A DNA stretch of 64,000 nucleotides from Candidatus Enterousia sp. (GTDB lineage: Bacteria; Pseudomonadota; Alphaproteobacteria; Rs-D84): the NCBI GenBank assembly GCA_045546075.1, contig JAZQCF010000004.1:21157-85156 (forward strand), given 5' to 3'. Made by a program: the position numbers and the translations under genes. Below the pieces are notes generated by a model. It searched no databases, was not told the DNA's origin, and worked only from the letters and a program-made list of their open reading frames with translations. Positions 8,776-18,251 of this stretch are shown here, one piece after another (position 1 is the stretch's first letter; every line of letters begins with the position of its first letter).

Positions 8776-9579
8776 TTATGGCAAATTCCATAACAAACAA
8801 TTTTCATCTGTTTCATCGGCATTAGCCAACCACCGCACACACACCTTTTGCGCCTGTTTAGATTCAACCGCACCGGCGGTTATCAGTTTATCTGCATCGG
8901 TTGTTGAATCATACGTGGTTGAACCGTCATATATCGCACGTTCGGTAAATTTTGACCCGCCACGTTGGTCTGCACCATCAAATATTGCGACACTGCCTGT
9001 TGTTCCGGGGGTAATGGCATATTGTTTTGCATTAAGCCCGTATTCTATGTATTTGGCTGGCACCAGACTATTTTCTAGTTCTTCGGCGCTCTTATGTAAC
9101 ACGACTTGCATTGGCATACTTGATGAAATGGTTGCACTAGCATTAGCCATAAAATTTTTTATATTGTCTTCATGCGCATCTGAATCCAAAATAAATCGTT
9201 CTTCAACATCACCTGCGGTGGCCCCGTATGTAACGACACTGCCATTTGCACCATCTGAACCCGCGGGAATAATGTCCTGTTTTTCTGCCAATGCGTCATT
9301 TACGGCATTTTCCGATGGTGCCTTGTCGGTGACACCATCGGTTATAGAATCTTCTACAAAATTACTGGCCGAAACCGTGCCTAATTCCAAATTACCCGAC
9401 GAATTCACAACCAGTGTCTTACCGACGTTTTCATTGTTATCACCGGCACCCTGGGCAATATCGACCTTGCGCGCATCTGCGTTATCAACATATGTTTGAC
9501 TGGTAACAATCTGATTTGCAATGGCGCTTGTTGCGATAATTGATGCAATCGCACCAATGAATAAAGGTTTTTTGATCAT
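8776..9579 (-). CDS. secreted protein, paralog 2 (signal peptide, VTSQTYVD motif, C-terminal CLLWNL)
   Basis: ATG at 9579 with RBS AGAGGGAAAAT. The leader is identical to that of gene 3982. The in-frame upstream ATG at 9609 lies inside the repeat and is unlikely to be used. Confidence 0.7.
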   Translation of the reverse strand: MIKKPLFIGAIASIIATSAIANQIVTSQTYVDNADARKVDIAQGAGDNNENVGKTLVVNSSGNLELGTVSASNFVEDSITDGVTDKAPSENAVNDALAEKQDIIPAGSDGANGSVVTYGATAGDVEERFILDSDAHEDNIKNFMANASATISSSMPMQVVLHKSAEELENSLVPAKYIEYGLNAKQYAITPGTTGSVAIFDGADQRGGSKFTERAIYDGSTTYDSTTDADKLITAGAVESKQAQKVCVRWLANADETDENCLLWNLP

Positions 9580-9600
9580 ATTTTCCCTCTTTGTTTTTTC

Positions 9601-9840
9601 CACCGTCATCCCGCCTTTCTCTCGTCATCCCGGCGAAGGCCGGGATCCAGTGTGAACGAAGTGAACACTTGCGTCGCAAACAGTGAATGTTTGTCACGCG
9701 CAAAGCGCGTTCCAAATTCCCTGCGGGGCAGGTCCTCGCTGTCGCTCGGCCTGGGTACCGCCCTGGACCACCCACAAATTTTTTTCAAATTTTGCGGGGC
9801 CCGGTGCGGCGGTATGACGACACTCGTCCTGACGGCGTTG
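9601..9840. repeat. repeat Y, copy B: the core (9646-9763) is on the same genomic strand as copy A and is therefore inverted relative to its adjacent gene. It carries an extra ~45-bp insert at 9764-9808
   Basis: Direct base-by-base comparison with 3755-3959. Confidence 0.8.
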
Positions 9841-9857
9841 TTTTATGTTTATAATGA

Positions 9858-10058
9858 TAACAAAAAAGGAACGTTTTTTGTGACCAGTCTAAAATGAGTA
9901 TTTGTCAATTAAAAATGGCGGAAATCCGCCATTTTCTATATTTTGAAAAAAATCAAAAAAGCACTGGACAAAAACGTTCGTTTTTGACCACCCTGTGCAT
10001 ACATAAAACCCCGCGGTTTCACAGGCCTTTGACAATAAAAAATGGGCGTGAATATGCG
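9858..10058. repeat. repeat X, copy B (reverse complement of copy A)
   Basis: See copy A. Confidence 0.8.
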
Positions 10059-10085
10059 CCCATTTCATCAATATTTTCAACCAAA

Positions 10086-10418
10086 TTATTTCTTTTGGAT
10101 GTCAACGACTTTGACCTTAAACACAACGTCTTTGCCCGCCAAATCCGGAACGTATTGCGTTGGGAAAGTGATATTAACATCACGTTCTTCGCCTTTTTTG
10201 GCACCAATCAACTGGTCTTCAAATCCAGGGACGAATTGGCCACTGCCCAAAACCAGCGGATAAGATTCCGCCGTTCCACCCGGGAATTGAACACCATCCA
10301 AATATCCCGCAAAGTTAATAACAACGGTATCACCGTTTTGTGCGGTTACATCACCCGCATCACATCCCGCGCAAAACAGCGCACCACAAACCCCAAAAAC
10401 ACCAAGTATTTTTTTCAT
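10086..10418 (-). CDS. FKBP-type peptidyl-prolyl cis-trans isomerase lipoprotein
   Basis: Lipobox LFCAGC. GDTVVINFAGYLDGVQF...LVLGSGQFVPGFEDQLIGAKKGEER...VVFKVKVVDI is an FKBP_C domain. Confidence 0.75.
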   Translation of the reverse strand: MKKILGVFGVCGALFCAGCDAGDVTAQNGDTVVINFAGYLDGVQFPGGTAESYPLVLGSGQFVPGFEDQLIGAKKGEERDVNITFPTQYVPDLAGKDVVFKVKVVDIQKK

Positions 10419-10446
10419 TTTTCATCCTTTTTGTTAGTTTTTTTGT

Positions 10447-11007
10447 TTAATTGTTATAAACGCAACGGAAACCGTATTCGCGCATTGTTGCGCCTTCGGC
10501 CTCGATACGATAATCAAAGAACGGTGTTGGACGCATCGTTTCAAATGACGGATTATCATACACCAAAACAATGCTGTCTGCGTTACGACCGCACACACGT
10601 TTCATTTCAAAGTCTGCGACCTTGCCCAAAACGGTTCGAATATCGCCATCAATATCCATACCATCCGCATTTTGCATTAAACGCAGGCGCATTTCGCGCA
10701 AATCGCTGTTGCCCAACAGAATTTGGACACGAACCATCGCGCCCTTGTATTCCTGCCACCGGGTTTCCATACGGGACGTATTCCAACGTTTATTCTTTTC
10801 TTCTTTTTCCAAATCGGTTTTTGGACGATAAGAATCAATTCCCGCATACTGATTATCCGGTTGCATAAACCCACTGGTCCGTTCGTTATAGTATGGTGCA
10901 TCATCACCACCGTTTGCAAAATCTTCGGTATTATACGGCCGGTCATCGCGCGCACATCCCGCCAAAGCAAGGGTTAAGCAAAAAATCGTTAAAAAAAGTT
11001 TCTTCAT
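10447..11007 (-). CDS. lipoprotein, hypothetical
   Basis: Lipobox LALAGC. No family recognised. Confidence 0.5.
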   Translation of the reverse strand: MKKLFLTIFCLTLALAGCARDDRPYNTEDFANGGDDAPYYNERTSGFMQPDNQYAGIDSYRPKTDLEKEEKNKRWNTSRMETRWQEYKGAMVRVQILLGNSDLREMRLRLMQNADGMDIDGDIRTVLGKVADFEMKRVCGRNADSIVLVYDNPSFETMRPTPFFDYRIEAEGATMREYGFRCVYNN

Positions 11008-11087
11008 TTTCTTTCTCTCTTTTTTATGATTTTATCAAATAAACAATTTTGATTCAAGCGTCGATTTATGATAAAATGATTTTATAA

Positions 11088-12047
11088 ATGACAAATGTTG
11101 TATTGGAATCTTTATTAAAACCTTTGGCAGATTTTTATCGGCCGTCTTTTGTAGAAGAAATCGCCATAAATCACGAATGCGAGGTTTGGATGCGCCTGCA
11201 CGGCGCACGTGTGCCATGGGTTGCGTATGACGCGCCAACACTTACCAAACAATATTTGGTTGATTTAATTCACACCATCGCAAACATATATGAACGCCCA
11301 TTTGACCCGATTCACGGTATTCCCGTCGTGTATGCGACTTTGCCGGGCAACCATCGTTTCAGCGCGATTGCCGGCCCCAACGTTCAATATGATGAACGCG
11401 ATATAACCGGTGGGGTTGCATTAAATATACGTGGTGGCGGGGTGGCAGAAACGTCTTTTGAAAATTACCATTTGAAACGTGGTGAAAAACTGATGCAGGT
11501 AAAACCGCGCCAAACCACACGCCCGGATGACCCGTATGACCGATTGATGTCCGCCATCAATGACGGCAGCCCTATTCTTATCAGTGGCGCAACCGCAACC
11601 GGAAAAACAACTTTCCTGAATCATATGTTGACCTTGATTGACCAAAACAGTCGTGTCATTACCGTAGAAGACGCACGCGAAGTTCGGGTTCCACAAAAGA
11701 ATCGGGTGCACTTTGTTTTATCACGAACCGAACAGACAAATGAATTTAATTATGCACGTCTGTTGGATTTGGTTGTGCGTATGACCCCGGACGTTATAAT
11801 TGGCGGTGAAATATCAACCGATAATGCGGCGGTTATGTGGGAAATGCTGGGGACCGGGCACGAACATTTCTATACAACAATTCACGCAGAAAGCGCGGAT
11901 GCCGCGTATGCCGCGTTCGCCGACCGTATTTTACATACTCAACCCGCATATGACCGGGCCGATTTAATCAACGAGATGAAACAAAAAATTCGTGTTGTCC
12001 AACTGTCGCGGGACGGTTCTTTGCGCGCCGTAACCCAGGTTGTATAA
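11088..12047 (+). CDS. VirB11/TrbB-family type IV secretion ATPase (orphan)
   Basis: Walker A SGATATGKTT, RVITVEDAREV, and RMTPDVIIGGEIS...GHEHFYTTIHAES match the VirB11 motif order. Its 319 aa fit VirB11/TrbB better than CpaF. Confidence 0.7.
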   Translation: MTNVVLESLLKPLADFYRPSFVEEIAINHECEVWMRLHGARVPWVAYDAPTLTKQYLVDLIHTIANIYERPFDPIHGIPVVYATLPGNHRFSAIAGPNVQYDERDITGGVALNIRGGGVAETSFENYHLKRGEKLMQVKPRQTTRPDDPYDRLMSAINDGSPILISGATATGKTTFLNHMLTLIDQNSRVITVEDAREVRVPQKNRVHFVLSRTEQTNEFNYARLLDLVVRMTPDVIIGGEISTDNAAVMWEMLGTGHEHFYTTIHAESADAAYAAFADRILHTQPAYDRADLINEMKQKIRVVQLSRDGSLRAVTQVV

Positions 12048-12083
12048 CCCACACAAAATCAATAAAAAACAAAGGAAAATAAA

Positions 12084-12476
12084 ATGAACGATTATTTACA
12101 AGACAGCGAAAAACAATTTTTACAGGAAATGATTGACGCAAAAATAGTTGCCCCAGATGGCAAGATATTGGATGCCAATAAATATATCCAATGGTTACGC
12201 GATAAAGAGGCGATTATTCGTACCCAAATACAAGAAATCCCTGAACCCGGTGACACGTATGACCGATACAATGCAAATATGCTGTATAAAGATATCGATG
12301 TGATTCGGCAAATGATTCTGCGCCAAACGAATCCGTCTACCCCGAATCGCGAGGCACAAATAATTGAAAAAACGGAACAGAAACAAAGTGAAAAAAAGAC
12401 ATTTTTGGATGGAATAAAAAATATATTTTCAAAAAACAAATCGCGAAACATACCTTCGCATAATCGCACGAAATAA
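12084..12476 (+). CDS. hypothetical protein
   Basis: RBS AAAGGAAAATAAA. A terminator hairpin follows. Confidence 0.45.
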   Translation: MNDYLQDSEKQFLQEMIDAKIVAPDGKILDANKYIQWLRDKEAIIRTQIQEIPEPGDTYDRYNANMLYKDIDVIRQMILRQTNPSTPNREAQIIEKTEQKQSEKKTFLDGIKNIFSKNKSRNIPSHNRTK

Positions 12477-12477
12477 A

Positions 12478-12506
12478 TTTACACCCGCATCGCGGGTGTT
12501 TTTTAC
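12478..12506. terminator. rho-independent terminator
   Basis: ACACCCGCATCGCGGGTGT followed by TTTTTT. Confidence 0.55.
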
Positions 12507-14695
12507 ATAAAGTTCACCGGATTCACATCTATTTTTACGCGCACATTTGCCGGCGCATGGACGCGTGACAACCATAATGTTACCAACGGTTGCAGATGCG
12601 CACGCGCATCACCAGACACCAAGAAACGCATACGATACCAATTTCGTGCCATATATATTTGCGCCATAACCGGCCCCATTATGCGCGCACCATTAACCTT
12701 TGGGACTGCGCGCGCCAAATCATCACAAAATTTCTTTAACACCGATTCTTTTTTACATTCAACGACAACTGCAATCAAACTGCCGAACGGGGGCATTTTT
12801 GCGGTGCGACGCGCATCCATATCGGCACGCAAAAACTCATCACGATTTCCGGCACATATCGCGCTTAAAACCGGATGTGTCGGTTGATATGTCTGCATCA
12901 ATACCCGACCCGGAATCGCGCCGCGACCGGCACGACCGGCAACCTGGAATAACTGTTGAAAAGTATGTTCGGCACAACGAAAATCTGTTCCAAACAAACC
13001 CATATCGGCATCAACCACACCAACCAAAGTCAGGTTTGGGAAATGATGACCCTTGGCCAAAATTTGCGTTCCAATAATTATGTCTAATTCGCCCGATTCC
13101 ATCTTTGATACCAATCGTTCCAACGCGCCACGCGACATCATCGTATCACTTGAAACAATCGCGGTGCGCGCAGCGGGAAAACGGGAAATAACTTCCTCTT
13201 CTATCTTTTCTAAACCCGCACCACGCATAGATATATCACCACCACAATCGGGACACGCGTCCGGTAAAATCATTGTTCGACCGCACATATGGCACAATAA
13301 CTTTCCCAACCTTTTGTGATATGTCATTCCAACCGAACAATCGGGACACGTTGCAACCCAACCGCATTTTTTACACTGAACGATTGGTGCAAATCCACGC
13401 CGATTTATGAATAACATAACCTGTTGATGATTGTCCAAAGTATTTTTTATTTCCCCACACAACACCGGCGACAAAGAACCATTACGAACATCATCATCCA
13501 CACGATATTCATCGGGACGATGTTCGCGCATATCGATTGTTTCAATCTTGGGCAAATTCGCACCGCCATATCGCGAACGCAAAACCAAATGCCCAAATCG
13601 CCCACGTTCAATATTGTACATTGTTTCTTCTGATGGCGTGGCGGATGCCAACACAACCGGAAACCCAGACAATTTTGCACGCAAAATTGCCATATCACGT
13701 CCGTGATAATTTCCCATATCTTCCTGTTTATATGAAGAATCGTGTTCTTCATCGACAACAATCAAACCCAAATTTTGCCACGGCAAGAATAACGCGCTGC
13801 GCGTGCCAACAACAACCCTTATTTTACCCTGCATAACACCGCGCCATATATCGCGTCGCCGGGCCGCGGTTAAGTTACTGTGCCATACGACCGGCGGCGC
13901 ACCGAATCGGGATTCAAAGCGTTTGATAAATTGTGTGGTTAATGCAATTTCAGGCATCATTAACAATACAGATTTTCCCGCACTGTATGCCCGCCACAGT
14001 GAATCAAAATACACCTGGGTCTTACCACTGCCGGTGATGCCGTCCAATAAATTTACGGAAAACCCGCCATTTTCTATATCACAACCTATTTTATCGGCGG
14101 CGGCACGTTGTTCCGCGTTCAGTTCTATGTTACCAATATCATAATATTCATATGCAAAAGATTTTTCCACCGGACGCGACAAGGTTGATATCAACATACC
14201 ACGTGCAATCATTGTTTTGACCACAGACGGCCCAACACGCGCGATTGATTGAATATCGGCCACAGACATCGGTTCATTATCATTAAGCGCAAATGCGTCT
14301 TGAACCATTTGACGGCTGTCGGTCATTTTGCCTTTGTCACCATCAAAGTTATACGAATATAATTGTTCCATTTTTGGTTCGCTGAACGCATCAGGCACAT
14401 TAAGTATTAAACGCAATACCGCACCCGGTGCCATCAATGTCCAATCCGCCATTTTTTGAATCCACTGCAGGTCGGCAACAGACATTTTCCATGGAAAAAC
14501 CGTGGATACATTTTTAATCTTATCAGGGGCAACGCCGCCATCACCAACACCAAAGATTACACCAACATACGGCCGATTCATCAATGTAACCCGCACGAAC
14601 GCACCCAATTCCGCATCACAATTCAACCGATAATCATAACCACGGTTAACAACATTGGGCAATAAAACTTTGACAATCGTTCCAGATTTAAACAT
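12503..14695 (-). CDS. priA: primosomal protein N' (replication-restart helicase PriA)
   Basis: Walker A GITGSGKTQVYF, the DEEH box, and the Cys4 zinc motifs CKKCGWVATCPDCSVGMTYH..CHMCG. The start was taken at MFKSGTIV by analogy with PriA N-termini. Confidence 0.85.
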   Translation of the reverse strand: MFKSGTIVKVLLPNVVNRGYDYRLNCDAELGAFVRVTLMNRPYVGVIFGVGDGGVAPDKIKNVSTVFPWKMSVADLQWIQKMADWTLMAPGAVLRLILNVPDAFSEPKMEQLYSYNFDGDKGKMTDSRQMVQDAFALNDNEPMSVADIQSIARVGPSVVKTMIARGMLISTLSRPVEKSFAYEYYDIGNIELNAEQRAAADKIGCDIENGGFSVNLLDGITGSGKTQVYFDSLWRAYSAGKSVLLMMPEIALTTQFIKRFESRFGAPPVVWHSNLTAARRRDIWRGVMQGKIRVVVGTRSALFLPWQNLGLIVVDEEHDSSYKQEDMGNYHGRDMAILRAKLSGFPVVLASATPSEETMYNIERGRFGHLVLRSRYGGANLPKIETIDMREHRPDEYRVDDDVRNGSLSPVLCGEIKNTLDNHQQVMLFINRRGFAPIVQCKKCGWVATCPDCSVGMTYHKRLGKLLCHMCGRTMILPDACPDCGGDISMRGAGLEKIEEEVISRFPAARTAIVSSDTMMSRGALERLVSKMESGELDIIIGTQILAKGHHFPNLTLVGVVDADMGLFGTDFRCAEHTFQQLFQVAGRAGRGAIPGRVLMQTYQPTHPVLSAICAGNRDEFLRADMDARRTAKMPPFGSLIAVVVECKKESVLKKFCDDLARAVPKVNGARIMGPVMAQIYMARNWYRMRFLVSGDARAHLQPLVTLWLSRVHAPANVRVKIDVNPVNFM

Positions 14696-14751
14696 ATCAA
14701 TAAAATACTTGTTTTTTTTGTTGGTTTCAATAGTATTTATTATATACCAAA

Positions 14752-15504
14752 ATGGAAAATAATATGTGGCGAACATTTTTTGATACATTGTATATTTTGT
14801 CTTGTTTTATTCTTGTCCCCAAATGGCGACGGTGGTTTCGGCGTGAAAAACTGTTTGATTATTATGCAAAATTAAGTGCACTGCGCCACGCATTTCCGCG
14901 CCGGGATTGGCGGCATTTTCGACTTGCCAAAGGCGGGGGCAGTTTGGCGTTTATAACACCGGACGGGTATGTTTACAAGATTCGCAAGTTCCATTTGCGC
15001 GACAATTCTGTCGATAAATTCACCCGCGAAAAGCGTATAACTGATGCGATTGCCCCAATATTAAATGTGCGCGTGCCACGAATTAAAATTCATCAAATTG
15101 GGATTTATACAGTATATGAAACGAAATTTATTCCTGGGAAAATCCTGGTAAATTTACCGCTGAAACAGATACGCGAACATCGCGAACAGATTGGCCGGGA
15201 ATTGGGCGGCATAATTTTCACACTGTTCAATGCAAGATTACCTGAATTGGACGATATGCGCCCACAAAACACCCCAGATACAGGTATGGTCCACGGCGAT
15301 ATGTGCAGCAACATCCTGATTAACCCCAAAACAATGAAAATTACGGGAATCATAGATTGGGAATATGCCGCATTTGGTTCACTTAAACGCGAATTCTTTG
15401 GGCTGTTTCGGGTTCGCCGCAAAATGCGCCTGACCGACATCGCACCCGAAGCCATATGGGAATATTACAGATTAAGGGATTTCGCACTTGACAAATCAAA
15501 ATAG
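14752..15504 (+). CDS. phosphotransferase (APH/choline-kinase-like) family protein
   Basis: VHGDMCSNILINPKTMKITGIIDWEYAAFG shows the HGD..N catalytic loop and DWE motif of the APH fold. Confidence 0.6.
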   Translation: MENNMWRTFFDTLYILSCFILVPKWRRWFRREKLFDYYAKLSALRHAFPRRDWRHFRLAKGGGSLAFITPDGYVYKIRKFHLRDNSVDKFTREKRITDAIAPILNVRVPRIKIHQIGIYTVYETKFIPGKILVNLPLKQIREHREQIGRELGGIIFTLFNARLPELDDMRPQNTPDTGMVHGDMCSNILINPKTMKITGIIDWEYAAFGSLKREFFGLFRVRRKMRLTDIAPEAIWEYYRLRDFALDKSK

Positions 15505-15549
15505 TGTCATATAATCTTTTTGTCAAAACCAATCCAAAAGGGGATGAAT

Positions 15550-16134
15550 ATGGCAAAAAAACTTAAACAAACCAAATATGATTACATAAATTTTATTGCG
15601 GAATATATGCATAAGCATCATATCTCGTTCAAAACGCTGGAACAAACCAAGCAAACGTGGCGCATCGAACGTGCATATACCCAACAAATAGAACAGGAAC
15701 TTATTGATGCATCAAAATTATTTATGTCTTTGCTGGACCAAGATTTGAATCTGCAATTCCGTGCACGTATGGTGAATTTTATCGCAAGATATTTGGCGGT
15801 ATATGTGTCTAAATCCAAAGAATTTGCGGATGCGCCAAATGCAGATGCGCGTATGGACCGTGCATACACAAAATTAAATAATCAACTGTTAATATGGTTA
15901 GATTCCGGTATGAAAGCCAAGAAATCCACGCACAAGGCCACCGCACCCCGGAAACCAATGGTTGCGGCCCCAAAACCGAAATATACAAAACGCGTATTGA
16001 AACGGGACGATAAAATCGTTCAAGAAATCACTTTTGGAAACGAAAAAATTTCAATTTTCTATGATGATTTGAAAGCATATCGCGCAAATTTCCGTGCGGA
16101 TTTACAACGTGTAATTGGCGCGCATACTAAATAA
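15550..16134 (+). CDS. hypothetical protein
   Basis: ORF 15520..16134. ATG at 15550 lies 6 nt after GGGG. Confidence 0.45.
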   Translation: MAKKLKQTKYDYINFIAEYMHKHHISFKTLEQTKQTWRIERAYTQQIEQELIDASKLFMSLLDQDLNLQFRARMVNFIARYLAVYVSKSKEFADAPNADARMDRAYTKLNNQLLIWLDSGMKAKKSTHKATAPRKPMVAAPKPKYTKRVLKRDDKIVQEITFGNEKISIFYDDLKAYRANFRADLQRVIGAHTK

Positions 16135-17008
16135 CCAAATCTAAATCTTCATCCGTTGGGATATGATTTATTGTTATATCGGCAAAGAATTGTGTTTTGA
16201 ACCACGTTCTTTGCCGTTTTGCATATTGATTTGTTTTTATAATCCAATTTTCAATCGCCGCATCAATCGACAATTCCCCGCGCAGACACGCACACAGTTG
16301 TTCGGCACCAATCGCACGATGCGGGTCAAGGTTATTTGTTATGATATATTTTGCCTCGTCCATCGCACCGCCGGACATCATTTCCGGAATTCGCGATGCA
16401 ATGCGTTCCTTTAACACATCAACCGGTGGATTTATTAGTATCTTGAACGGTGTCGGGGTAATCGCACCCATACGTGGCATTTTCTGCCATTCCGCCAAAT
16501 GCCGCCCGGTGTGATAAAAAACCTCTAACGCACGTGCAACACGTTGCGGGTCAACTGGCGCATTTGGAATTAATTTTCGTGCGGCATCCAAATCACGCGC
16601 AACCAATTCGCGCGCACGATTGCGGTTTTCCGCCGATATTTCCGGAACATCAACAATTCCATCAAGAATTCCATTTATGTAATATCCGGTTCCCCCAACA
16701 AAAATTGGAACATACCCATTTGCAATTACATCATCGTATTGGATGCGCGCCAATTTGATATAATCGGCAACACTAATTTGTTCATCCAATGGTAATATTG
16801 AAAATAATCTGTACGGAACACCGTCTATTTCTTTACTAAATTTGCGACCGGCAAAAGGACTGGCCGAAATGTTTTCAATGCCACGATAAATCTGCACACT
16901 GTCGCAATTTATAATCGCGCCACCGATACGCCGCGCCAACGCGTGTGCGAAACCCGATTTGCCCGATGCGGTCGGCCCAGTAATGATATACGCCCTGTGT
17001 GAATTCAT
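16127..17008 (-). CDS. miaA: tRNA dimethylallyltransferase
   Basis: AYIITGPTASGKSGFAHALA (P-loop) and the IPP-transferase layout. Confidence 0.85.
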   Translation of the reverse strand: MNSHRAYIITGPTASGKSGFAHALARRIGGAIINCDSVQIYRGIENISASPFAGRKFSKEIDGVPYRLFSILPLDEQISVADYIKLARIQYDDVIANGYVPIFVGGTGYYINGILDGIVDVPEISAENRNRARELVARDLDAARKLIPNAPVDPQRVARALEVFYHTGRHLAEWQKMPRMGAITPTPFKILINPPVDVLKERIASRIPEMMSGGAMDEAKYIITNNLDPHRAIGAEQLCACLRGELSIDAAIENWIIKTNQYAKRQRTWFKTQFFADITINHIPTDEDLDLVI

Positions 17009-17139
17009 ATTTTGATTATAACCGACAAATCCCGAAATTCAAGTCTGGAACACCTGGAAAAAATCAATTTGGAATTTTGTATAAATGGTGCTATGATACC
17101 CCGTGCAAAAAAAACAACAGCAAAAAAAGGAAGGTATAT

Positions 17140-18138
17140 ATGTCAAAAGTAAAAGTTGCAATAAATGGTTTTGGCCGTATCGGCCGTTTGGTTCTGCGTG
17201 CGGCATTGGAATCGGGGCGTGACGATATAGAATTCGTTGCGGTCAACGATTTGGCACCGGCGGAACAAAACGCATATCTGTTACAGTATGATTCTGTGCA
17301 CGGCAAATTGCCGATGGATGTGAAATTGGACGGTGACACAATCATTGTTGGCAAACATAAAATCAAATGCGTTTCGGAAAAAGACCCAACAAAACTGCCA
17401 TGGCGCGAAATGGGAATTGATATTGTTATGGAATGCACAGGAATCTTTACCGCCGCGGACAAGGCGCGCGTTCATATCGACGCGGGTGCAAAACGCGTTT
17501 TGGTTTCGGCACCATCGGTGGGCGCGGATAAAACAATCGTGTTCGGCGTTAATCAAGACACTTTGACCAAAAACGATATTATCGTTTCAAACGCATCGTG
17601 TACGACAAATTGCCTGGCCCCGGTGGCGGCGGTTTTGGACCGCGAATTTGGCATTGAATCTGGGTGGATGACAACCGTTCACGCATACACCGGCGACCAA
17701 CAATTATTGGATAAAAACCACAAAGATTTCCGGCGCGCACGTGCGGCCGCACTTTCTATGATTCCAACCAGTACCGGTGCCGCCAAGGCGATTGGATTGG
17801 TTCTGCCGAAACTGGCGGGGAAATTAGACGGCATCGCAATTCGCGTTCCAACACCGGACGTATCGGTTGTTGAATTTGTCGTAAACACATCGAAAAATGT
17901 AACCGCCGATGCGGTTAACGCGGCAATGCGCGCGGCATCTTCGGCAACATTTGGTTATAACGAATTGCCGTTGGTATCTATTGACTTTACGCACGATGCA
18001 CACAGTTCTATATTTGATTCAACCCAAACACGCGTATTGGGCGACAAATTGGTCCACGTTACCGCATGGTACGATAACGAATGGGGTTTTTCAAATCGTA
18101 TGAGCGATACCGCCGTTGCAATAGGCAAATTGATATAA
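17140..18138 (+). CDS. gap: glyceraldehyde-3-phosphate dehydrogenase (type I)
   Basis: MSKVKVAINGFGRIGR and SNASCTTNCLAP. RBS AAAGGAAGG. The long upstream extension in the ORF track is not coding. Confidence 0.9.
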   Translation: MSKVKVAINGFGRIGRLVLRAALESGRDDIEFVAVNDLAPAEQNAYLLQYDSVHGKLPMDVKLDGDTIIVGKHKIKCVSEKDPTKLPWREMGIDIVMECTGIFTAADKARVHIDAGAKRVLVSAPSVGADKTIVFGVNQDTLTKNDIIVSNASCTTNCLAPVAAVLDREFGIESGWMTTVHAYTGDQQLLDKNHKDFRRARAAALSMIPTSTGAAKAIGLVLPKLAGKLDGIAIRVPTPDVSVVEFVVNTSKNVTADAVNAAMRAASSATFGYNELPLVSIDFTHDAHSSIFDSTQTRVLGDKLVHVTAWYDNEWGFSNRMSDTAVAIGKLI

Positions 18139-18156
18139 ATTACAATAAAAAACAAC

Positions 18157-18190
18157 AAAACCACGAAAAACGCGTTTTTCGTGGTTTTTT
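18157..18190 (+). terminator. rho-independent terminator
   Basis: AAAACCACGAAAAACGCGTTTTTCGTGGTTTTTT. Confidence 0.6.
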
Positions 18191-18251
18191 ATTGCCATTA
18201 TGTTTTTTTGTGCTATATTTATGACACGCATTTGAATCAAAGGATTAGACG

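Noticed and set aside
8915-9499. 194-aa ORF antisense to paralog gene 2
   Set aside because: Ser/Ala/Pro-rich shadow ORF. The sense gene has a signal peptide, an RBS and a paralog.
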